A stretch of 64,000 nucleotides of DNA, from assembly GCA_964631205.1 (NCBI GenBank), contig CAZVWU010000006.1, positions 4,955 to 68,954 on the forward strand. The letters run 5' to 3'. The first letter of the stretch is position 1. Every line of letters starts with the position of its first letter. The translations under genes were made by a program, and so were the position numbers. Below the pieces are notes generated by a model. That model saw only the letters and a program-made list of their open reading frames with translations. It ran no database searches and had not been told where the DNA came from. Of the stretch, positions 57,546-64,000 are shown in pieces. Source of the DNA: an uncultured archaeon. GTDB taxonomy: Archaea > Aenigmatarchaeota > Aenigmatarchaeia > QMZP01 > JACQNV01.

Positions 57546-58784
57546 ATGTTCGATCTCCTAAAGGAAAAGCTGAAAGAGTCTATACAGAAGCTGAGTTCTA
57601 AGGGAAAGGAAACTGAGAAAACTGTAGTTGTTGAAAAAGTTCAGGGAGCGGAGAAAAGGACCAGCATAGACGATCTTCTTAAAAAAATAAAAGAGTCAAC
57701 TGAAGAAATAAAAAAAGAAGTTGAGCATATTTCTGAAGAGCAGCGAGGGGTTGGGGAAGAAGAAAGTGGAGAAGATGTTATTGAGGAACTCACAGAAGAG
57801 GAGCAGGAATCTGTCAAGGAACCTGTTGCTGAGCCTGTCCCAGTTGAGCCGGAAGAAAGGATTGAAGGAGATCTTCACATAAAACCTCAGGGGCCAAAAG
57901 CAGGCTTCAGGCAAAGGTTTTTGAAAAAAATAAAGGTAAAAACGCTTTCTGAACAGGACATAGAGGATTTTTTTGCTGAAATAGAGCCCGGGCTGCTTGA
58001 AGCGAATATTGCGGTTGAAGTTGTTGATTTTATAAAAATTGCGATGAAGAAGGAGCTTTCTGGGAAAGAGGCTAGGAGGATAAGATCGGCGGAAGATATT
58101 GGAAAGGCTTTTGGGGACGCTTTGGTTAAAGCAGTTGACCAAGGAGGTGTTAATATTGAAGATTTGATAAGAGAATCTAAGGGAAAAAACAAGCCTGCTG
58201 TTGTCTTGTTTTTGGGCTTTAATGGATCCGGAAAAACAACAAGCATAGCAAAATTGGCTAATTATCTGAACAATAAAGGGTTCAAGCCTGTGTTAGCTGC
58301 TGGCGACACTTTCCGTGCTGCGGCGATTGACCAGCTGGAAACACATGGCAACAAGATCGGCGTTAAAGTAATCAAGCACCAATATGGGGCTGATTCTGCG
58401 GCTGTAATTTTTGATGCAGTAAAGCATGCTCAGGCAAAAGGGTTGGATATTGTGTTGGCGGACACAGCTGGAAGGACGCACACAAATGTGAATCTGGTCG
58501 ATGAATTGAAAAAGGTTGTCCGTGTGAACAAACCAGACCTGAAGATTTTAGTTATAGACGGGCTGACAGGGAATGATGCAGTTGAGCAGGCGAAGCAGTT
58601 TAATTCAGAAATAGGGGTTGATGCAGTTGTGATAACAAAAGTAGATGTTGATGAGAAAGGGGGAGCAATATTATCTGTTGCTTACACAATCAAAAAACCA
58701 ATTTTGTTTTTGGGTGTGGGTCAGGGATATGAGGATTTCAAAAAATTTGAGCCAAGGGAGTTTGTAAAAACTTTATTGGAATAG
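57546..58784 (+). CDS. ftsY: SRP receptor FtsY
   Basis: Acidic A domain, GFNGSGKTT, DTFRAAA, DTAGR, GQGY. Confidence 0.95.
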   Translation: MFDLLKEKLKESIQKLSSKGKETEKTVVVEKVQGAEKRTSIDDLLKKIKESTEEIKKEVEHISEEQRGVGEEESGEDVIEELTEEEQESVKEPVAEPVPVEPEERIEGDLHIKPQGPKAGFRQRFLKKIKVKTLSEQDIEDFFAEIEPGLLEANIAVEVVDFIKIAMKKELSGKEARRIRSAEDIGKAFGDALVKAVDQGGVNIEDLIRESKGKNKPAVVLFLGFNGSGKTTSIAKLANYLNNKGFKPVLAAGDTFRAAAIDQLETHGNKIGVKVIKHQYGADSAAVIFDAVKHAQAKGLDIVLADTAGRTHTNVNLVDELKKVVRVNKPDLKILVIDGLTGNDAVEQAKQFNSEIGVDAVVITKVDVDEKGGAILSVAYTIKKPILFLGVGQGYEDFKKFEPREFVKTLLE

Positions 58785-58785
58785 T

Positions 58786-59256
58786 ATGAATATATCAAAA
58801 CTTACGCCAAGAGATGTGGATGAGTTCTCAAGACTTGTCACCGATGTAATCCAAAACACACCATATTATTCAGAATGGGGCAGAATAAGTGAATGCAGCG
58901 GGTACAAGTTTGAATCTATAAAAAATAGGATGTTGGATAAAAATTTTCTTTTTCTTGCGGCAAAAATCAATAAAAGGATAGTCGGTTTCAGTGCAGGCCA
59001 TCATGATTTCGGCACTTTCTGGTTAGACTGGATAGGCATAGACAAAAATTTTAGAAAAAGATGTATAGGAACCGGATTGCTGGTTTTTCTGGAAAAGTAT
59101 CTGAAAGGCAAAGGCGTCCATAAGATATGGCTTGATACTATCCAAACCAACAATGAAGCTATCAATTTCTTTAGGAAAGCAAAATTCAAAAGAATCTGTT
59201 CATTGAAAAATCATTGGTACAATCAGGACTTCTATCTTTGGGGGAAATTTCTTTAA
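58786..59256 (+). CDS. GNAT acetyltransferase
   Basis: IGIDKNFRKRCIGTGLL, N.EAINFF.K. Confidence 0.82.
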   Translation: MNISKLTPRDVDEFSRLVTDVIQNTPYYSEWGRISECSGYKFESIKNRMLDKNFLFLAAKINKRIVGFSAGHHDFGTFWLDWIGIDKNFRKRCIGTGLLVFLEKYLKGKGVHKIWLDTIQTNNEAINFFRKAKFKRICSLKNHWYNQDFYLWGKFL

Positions 59257-60074
59257 TCGGCTCCAAAAAAGTATTGCGTTGCTTGCTGTATATTCGCAAC
59301 TTCCCTTACCTCTATCCCGACATCTTTTGAAATGAAAATTTTTTCTCCGACTGTACGGGTTTCGCAGATTTGGAATCCTGCTTCAGAATAGCATGACCTT
59401 TCCGGCCTATAAATCTTTGAGCTGCCCTGTCCTATTGGGACAAGAAACAGGCTGGCACCGACTTCTTTTGCGCCTATTGCTTTTGCAACAACTTCCCCAA
59501 TCGGGCCGATTGTCCCGTCCTCCTCTATAGTTCCTGTAATCATTACGCTGTTGTTTATTGTTTTGTTTTGCAGGCCGGCAATTGTTGCAATTGTGAGCGC
59601 TGCGCCTGCAGAACCGCCTTCAATCACGCTTGCATTTGCTCTCACTGTATAGACTATGTCATATTTCGAGATATCTTTCCCTGTTATATCCTCGGCGACT
59701 TTGGTTGCCTTTCTTATGGAGTTTTGCGTGTCCACCCAAAAGAACAGCTTGTCTATGTTTGTCAATATTTTGCCTGATCCTGGGGAAACCTGCACATCCA
59801 ATGACGTCACGACCCCGCTCCCTTCTTCATCAACAGCAGGCACATAGATTGAAGTAAAAGTTGACTCGGTGCTAACAGGTGCATATTCTTTAATTATTTT
59901 TTGATCTGTTATCTCGTATGCCTTAATAGTAGGTTCTTTCAATCCGCCGACACTCTTAAAGTAGGCATTTTCTATGTTCAGCCCTATAAAGATGCCTAAA
60001 AGGAAAACTATTATTATTGAGCCTACAACAACGGTAAGGCTTACGCCCAACTCTGTATCCTTTTGTTTTGCCAT
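59253..60074 (-). CDS. Membrane-anchored Lon C-terminal (S16) protease domain protein
   Basis: IEGGSAGA, MITGTI..DG.IGPIG.V..K (Ser-Lys dyad). Confidence 0.85.
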   Translation of the reverse strand: MAKQKDTELGVSLTVVVGSIIIVFLLGIFIGLNIENAYFKSVGGLKEPTIKAYEITDQKIIKEYAPVSTESTFTSIYVPAVDEEGSGVVTSLDVQVSPGSGKILTNIDKLFFWVDTQNSIRKATKVAEDITGKDISKYDIVYTVRANASVIEGGSAGAALTIATIAGLQNKTINNSVMITGTIEEDGTIGPIGEVVAKAIGAKEVGASLFLVPIGQGSSKIYRPERSCYSEAGFQICETRTVGEKIFISKDVGIEVREVANIQQATQYFFGAD

Positions 60075-60156
60075 ATCTTAACTTAAACCAGCTGTTTATT
60101 AATTTATGCCATCCCCTCTTGCTAATATTTAAATTGAGATAGTAAATAATACAGTT

Positions 60157-60924
60157 ATGCTCGCGGATAAGAACGACTATTTGTCTGCAGGGATCCACAT
60201 AGGGATGAAAGCGTGCACTGCCTACATGAAGCGATTTGTTTACAAGACAAGGGAGGACGGTCTCTGTGTATTCAACCTTCAGGAAGTGGATGAAAGGATA
60301 GCCAAAGCAATAAGCATGCTTTCGAAATACAATAAAGTTCTGGTCGTCTCCCATAAAGACGCTTCTGCTGAAGCTATAAGGAAATTTGCAGAATTGGCTG
60401 GCGGAAAGGCTGTTTCAACAAGGTTTTCACCAGGGACACTAACTAACCCCTCTTACAGGGAGTTTTATGAGCCTGACATAATCCTTGTAGTTGACCCTTT
60501 AGTTGACAGGCAGGCCATTGAGGAGGCAAAAAAGAAAAGGATTCCTATAGTAAGCCTCTGCGGGACTTCCAGTGAAGCTGTGGATATAGACTTGGTTGTT
60601 CCGATAAATAACAACAGCAAAAAATCTCTGGCATTATTTTTCTGGATACTGGCGAAAGGTGTGATGAAATCAAAAGGGATCATAAAGGAGGATAGCGAGT
60701 TCACGGCCACACTTAAAGACTTCGGCGACATAGGCAAGGAAAAGAGGATCGGCCAACCAGGCCTGGATTTGGACAGCGGACTTGATGTAGATATAGATAT
60801 TGAGATAGAATCTGGTGATAGCAAAAAAGAGACGCCAAGAAAAGGCAGGCCTAAAAAAGCTACAACAGGGAAGAAATCTTCCAAGCAAATAAAGATTGAA
60901 AGCGGTGGAGCAGATGCTAAATAA
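60157..60924 (+). CDS. rps2: 30S ribosomal protein S2
   Basis: YLSAGIHIG, RFSPGTLTNP, PINN..KKSLAL. Confidence 0.95.
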   Translation: MLADKNDYLSAGIHIGMKACTAYMKRFVYKTREDGLCVFNLQEVDERIAKAISMLSKYNKVLVVSHKDASAEAIRKFAELAGGKAVSTRFSPGTLTNPSYREFYEPDIILVVDPLVDRQAIEEAKKKRIPIVSLCGTSSEAVDIDLVVPINNNSKKSLALFFWILAKGVMKSKGIIKEDSEFTATLKDFGDIGKEKRIGQPGLDLDSGLDVDIDIEIESGDSKKETPRKGRPKKATTGKKSSKQIKIESGGADAK

Positions 60925-61375
60925 AAAAAAGATTGCAGCGGACATTCTGAAGTGCGGTGTCAGCAGGGTCAGGATTCTTGATGAAAAGCAGGTAGGGGAA
61001 GCAATAACACGGCAGGATATAAGGAATTCCATAAGAAAAGGCCTTATTGTAAAAATCCAGAAAAAAGGGACATCGAAAGGGTTTTCAAAACAGCTTTACA
61101 GGCAGAAAAGGAAAGGCAGGCGAAGCGGTGTAGGGACAAGGAGAGGGACTTTTAGAGCGCGAAACCCCAAAAAATATCTGTGGATGAAGACTATCAGGCC
61201 GCTCCGAAAGCTGTTAAAAGAACTTCTCAGGAACGGCCAGCTTGAGAAAAAAGACTGGAAGCTGCTCTATTCAATGGCCAAAGGCGGCTCATTCAGAAGC
61301 AGAGGGCACATGCTTACTTACCTAAAAGACCACGACATGCTGAAGAAGAAAGAGGTTAAGAAGGCCAAGAAATAA
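60914..61375 (+). CDS. rpl19e: 50S ribosomal protein L19e
   Basis: IAADILKCGVSRV, AITRQDIR, WM..IR.LR, AKGG.F. Confidence 0.93.
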   Translation: MLNKKKIAADILKCGVSRVRILDEKQVGEAITRQDIRNSIRKGLIVKIQKKGTSKGFSKQLYRQKRKGRRSGVGTRRGTFRARNPKKYLWMKTIRPLRKLLKELLRNGQLEKKDWKLLYSMAKGGSFRSRGHMLTYLKDHDMLKKKEVKKAKK

Positions 61376-61609
61376 TTAAGAATACTCTTTTATTTTCGCT
61401 TCAAGATAGGCCGATGCCTGTGGAGATAATTTTGGGATTAATCTTTTTGCTTCCCTGAGATAAAATTCTCTTATGTTATGCAGCCCAAAGCCACATGGAT
61501 TATCCAGATGGTAGCCTATCCTTGCTGCTATCTCAAGGTCATCCATATCTTCAAGGGTTTTCCCGAGCAGATCCCTGATACCCTGTTCATTAGCGCCTGT
61601 TTTGTCCAT
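61376..61609 (-). CDS. Small hypothetical protein inserted between rpl19e and rpl18
   Basis: 77-aa ORF with its own TATA-like box. Confidence 0.6.
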   Translation of the reverse strand: MDKTGANEQGIRDLLGKTLEDMDDLEIAARIGYHLDNPCGFGLHNIREFYLREAKRLIPKLSPQASAYLEAKIKEYS

Positions 61610-61691
61610 AATCTTACAATACTCCGGAATTTATAAGCTTGATTCCATTCAAATTTATAGTATTTAAGTCATGTATTCAATATTCTGAGAT

Positions 61692-62273
61692 ATGCCATTG
61701 ATTATTGTCCCGCACAGGAGAAGAAGGGAAGGGAAGACTAACTACAGGAAAAGGCTGAAAACAGTAAAATCCAAAAAGCTCAGGTTTGTTGTAAGGAAAT
61801 CTTCAAGGCAAATCTATTGCCAGCTTATTGAATATCAGACAAAAGGCGACAAGACCCTTTTATCTTCGAATTCCCTTGAACTTGCAAAATTTGGCTGGAA
61901 CGCTGACGGCGGGAATTTGCCTGCGGCTTATCTGACCGGATTTCTCTGCGGCCTGAAGGCAAAGAAAAATAAAATTGAATCCGCAATCATGGATACAGGA
62001 TTGTATACTTCTGTCCATGGGTCAAGGCTTTACGCCACCTTAAAGGGGGCTGTAGACGCCGGTTTGCAGATCCCGCATTCAGAGGAGGCCTTCCCTTCAA
62101 CAGAAAGGATTTCAGGCAGCCACATTGCAAATTATGCAGCAAAGCTGAAGAAAGAGAAGCCTACTGTGTACAAAAAACAATTTTCAAAGTACCTTTCTTC
62201 GAAAGTAAATCCTGAAGACTTGACGAAGCTTTTCGAGGCTACAAAGGCGAAGATTCTTGCAGAAGGAACATAA
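61692..62273 (+). CDS. rpl18: 50S ribosomal protein L18
   Basis: RRRREGKTNYRKRL, NLPAAYLTG, KGAVDAGL.IPH. Confidence 0.95.
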   Translation: MPLIIVPHRRRREGKTNYRKRLKTVKSKKLRFVVRKSSRQIYCQLIEYQTKGDKTLLSSNSLELAKFGWNADGGNLPAAYLTGFLCGLKAKKNKIESAIMDTGLYTSVHGSRLYATLKGAVDAGLQIPHSEEAFPSTERISGSHIANYAAKLKKEKPTVYKKQFSKYLSSKVNPEDLTKLFEATKAKILAEGT

Positions 62274-62310
62274 AGTTAGTTTTTTAATTCTCTACATAAC
62301 TATATTCTAT

Positions 62311-62547
62311 GCCGAGGTGGCAGAGTGGCTAATGCACTAGTCTATCCTTTCTTTTCCAAAAAGAAAGGATACAGTACCCAAAGAAAAGGATTTACAAATT
62401 GGGCGTGAATCTCGAAAAGCACTTCTTTCGGTTCAAACGGACAAAAGACCTGCACTAGAAAACTAGCATCCGAAAGGATATACAGGTTCGAAAGAGTTGG
62501 AAGTTGATTTGCAAATCAACTTCAGTCTGAAACTCCTGTCCTCGGCG
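62311..62547 (+). tRNA. tRNA-Ser(CGA) with three introns: ~30/31 (62341..62409), 37/38 (62417..62460), 59/60 (62493..62533)
   Basis: GCCGAGG/CCTCGGC, spliced arm CTAGT-CTCGAAA-ACTAG, long V arm, G discriminator; first intron boundary uncertain by 1-3 nt. Confidence 0.85.
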
Positions 62548-62548
62548 C

Positions 62549-62619
62549 GGGCCCATAGTCTATCGGCAGGACGCGACCCTCACACGGTTGAGAGGGGAGT
62601 TCAATTCTCTCTGGGCCCA
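62549..62619 (+). tRNA. tRNA-Val(CAC), no intron
   Basis: GGGCCCA/TGGGCCC, CGACC-CTCACAC-GGTTG. Confidence 0.9.
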
Positions 62620-62621
62620 TT

Positions 62622-63069
62622 ATGAAAGGGGAAAATCTTATCAAGGGGGCAGATTTTACAGGGGTCGCTATAGTCTTCTTCTGCCACCATGGAAAGGGGA
62701 ATTTTATAATGGCAAAAAGGTCGCAGAATGCCAGAGATGAGCAAGGAAAATGGGACATTGGTGGTGGGGGATTAGATTTTGGGATTTCAGTTGAAGAAAC
62801 TTTAAAAAAGGAAATAAAAGAAGAATACTAGACAGATGTTTTGTCTTTTGAGTTTTTGGGATTCAGGGATGTGCACAGAGAACATGACGGATAAAAAACA
62901 CATTGGATTGCACTTGATTCCAAAGTGCTGATAGACCCTTCGAAAGTCAAAATAGGCGAGCCCCATAAATTTGATGAAATAAAGTGGTTTACTTTAGATA
63001 AACTGCCGGAAAACTTGCATTCACAGCTTCCTGTGTTTTTTGGAAAAATATAAAGAGGAGTTTATGTGA
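62622..63069 (+). pseudogene. NUDIX hydrolase pseudogene
   Basis: NUDIX box GGG.....SVEETLKKEIKEE; frame continues past TAG (62829) and TAA (62892); probable +1 slip in T-run near 63036..63041. Confidence 0.8.
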
Positions 63070-63099
63070 TTTAAGTATTAAGTTGGAAATAATGTCAGT

Positions 63100-63171
63100 G
63101 GGCTGGTGGTCTAGTGGCATGATGTCGCGTTGACGTCGCGAAGATTGCAGGTTCGATTCCTGCCCGGCCCA
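63100..63171 (+). tRNA. tRNA-Val(GAC), no intron
   Basis: GGGCTGG/CCGGCCC, TCGCG-TTGACGT-CGCGA. Confidence 0.93.
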
Positions 63172-63224
63172 TCTAGCTCCCTGTTTCTTAAAGGTTTTAA
63201 TATAAATAAGGTAAATATACGAAT

Positions 63225-63435
63225 GCTCCCATCGTCTAGCATATACCCCTTTCTTTTCCAAAAAGAAAGGCCTTATAACCCGAAAAAAAGGAGTTACAAA
63301 TACAGGCGGGTAGTATATAGGAACCGGTCAAGGATCCCGGACTTTCGATAATCATTTTAATTGGAAGTGATGAGTAGATTATATCTACAATGAAAAAGCA
63401 ATCCGGTAACGCGGGTTCAAATCCCGCTGGGAGCA
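63225..63435 (+). tRNA. tRNA-Glu(TTC) with D-loop intron (63241..63323) and 37/38 intron (63348..63400)
   Basis: GCTCCCA/TGGGAGC, CCGGA-CTTTCG|A-TCCGG; BHBs TCTA/TAGG and CTTT/AAAG. Confidence 0.9.
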
Positions 63436-63436
63436 C

Positions 63437-63557
63437 GCGGGGGTACCCAAGTGGTCAAAGGGGCTAGGCTTAGGTATCTAAGAGCCATGCTCAGAAATTA
63501 GCTATTAAGAAACCTAGTGCTTTAGTAGCTTCGCAGGTTCGAATCCTGCCTCCCGCA
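63437..63557 (+). tRNA. tRNA-Leu(TAG) with 37-nt 37/38 intron (63475..63511)
   Basis: CTAGG-CTTAGG|A-CCTAG; BHB CTTA/TAAG. Confidence 0.92.
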
Positions 63558-63601
63558 TCCCACTTTTTTTATTTATATAATACTAATAATAGATGTACGA
63601 T

Positions 63602-63836
63602 GGCCGCTATGGTGTAATGGTAGCATACGGGCCAGACGATTAGAAAAAATCTAGCTGTCCCCGAATGTGGAGCCTTTGGTCCGAGTTCGAATGCGCCCCT
63701 TTTCTTCAGAGGGATGACATAGATCCTAAACAATTGGATAAGATCTATGTCCGCCTGAATCAGAAAAGGCCCGCGGGTTCAAAAGAAAACATTTACTGAA
63801 CCACGGTAAGGTGATATGGGAATCTCGGTAGCGGCC
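63602..63836 (+). tRNA. tRNA-His(GTG), encoded G-1, introns at 32/33 (63634..63665) and 59/60 (63692..63822)
   Basis: GGCCGCTA/TAGCGGCC acceptor, loop C|TGTGGA, CCGAG/CTCGG T stem; anticodon stem weak. Confidence 0.82.
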
Positions 63837-64000
63837 CTATGATAATCCACATAGCGCTTTTTAGGTGGAAAAAAAATATCAGTAAAAATCATGTTGGAAA
63901 AATTGCCAGTGAGCTCAGGCTGTTGAAAAGAAAATCTGAAGGTTTAATTGATATTTTCTGTGGGGAGAATTTTTCTAACTATTCTAAAGGGTTTGATTAT

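Noticed and set aside
791-61032. Many antisense or alternate-frame ORFs rich in S/F/I/L inside large genes
   Set aside because: Typical reverse-frame shadows of K/E-rich coding sequence with no motifs
62622-63069. In-frame TAG and TAA in the NUDIX gene as a sign of stop-codon recoding
   Set aside because: Two different stops plus a probable frameshift in one gene, while TAA, TAG and TGA all end conserved genes in the window; pseudogene is simpler
62522-63436. Track ORFs 62522..62758, 62989..63261, 63130..63351, 63236..63436 (also 51736..51939)
   Set aside because: They overlap tRNA genes and are shadow frames

Overview
Chromosomal segment of a small-genome archaeon, most likely DPANN (Aenigmarchaeota-like; taxon is inference). 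Evidence: archaeal aspS, trpS, lig, nop5/flpA, rpoK, rpl15e/19e/18, rps2, carS, TATA-box promoters and standard code 11. Besides housekeeping genes, the window has four notable layers. (1) Between two class II ribonucleotide reductase genes lies an array of three gene cassettes (HAD hydrolase; hypothetical; RelE-type TA pair) separated by four dif/Xer-like sites. The two ends of each cassette are complementary to each other and rebuild a palindromic site when joined, which suggests an integron-like but non-attC cassette system; no recombinase is in the window. (2) Eleven tRNA genes carry 16 BHB-type introns, 11 at non-canonical positions, and two tRNAs have three introns each. (3) Several of these introns are built from three short nested hairpin modules that also occur free-standing between protein genes, one with an inner insert present in both orientations. 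(4) Two TA modules are flanked by diverged duplicates of housekeeping-gene ends (aspS 3', lig 5'). Also present: a tetraether-synthase-like radical SAM, inositol-lipid genes, an IleRS with GVHH signature, a short SMC and a 4-copy palindromic operator candidate. All calls are by eye; no databases were searched.
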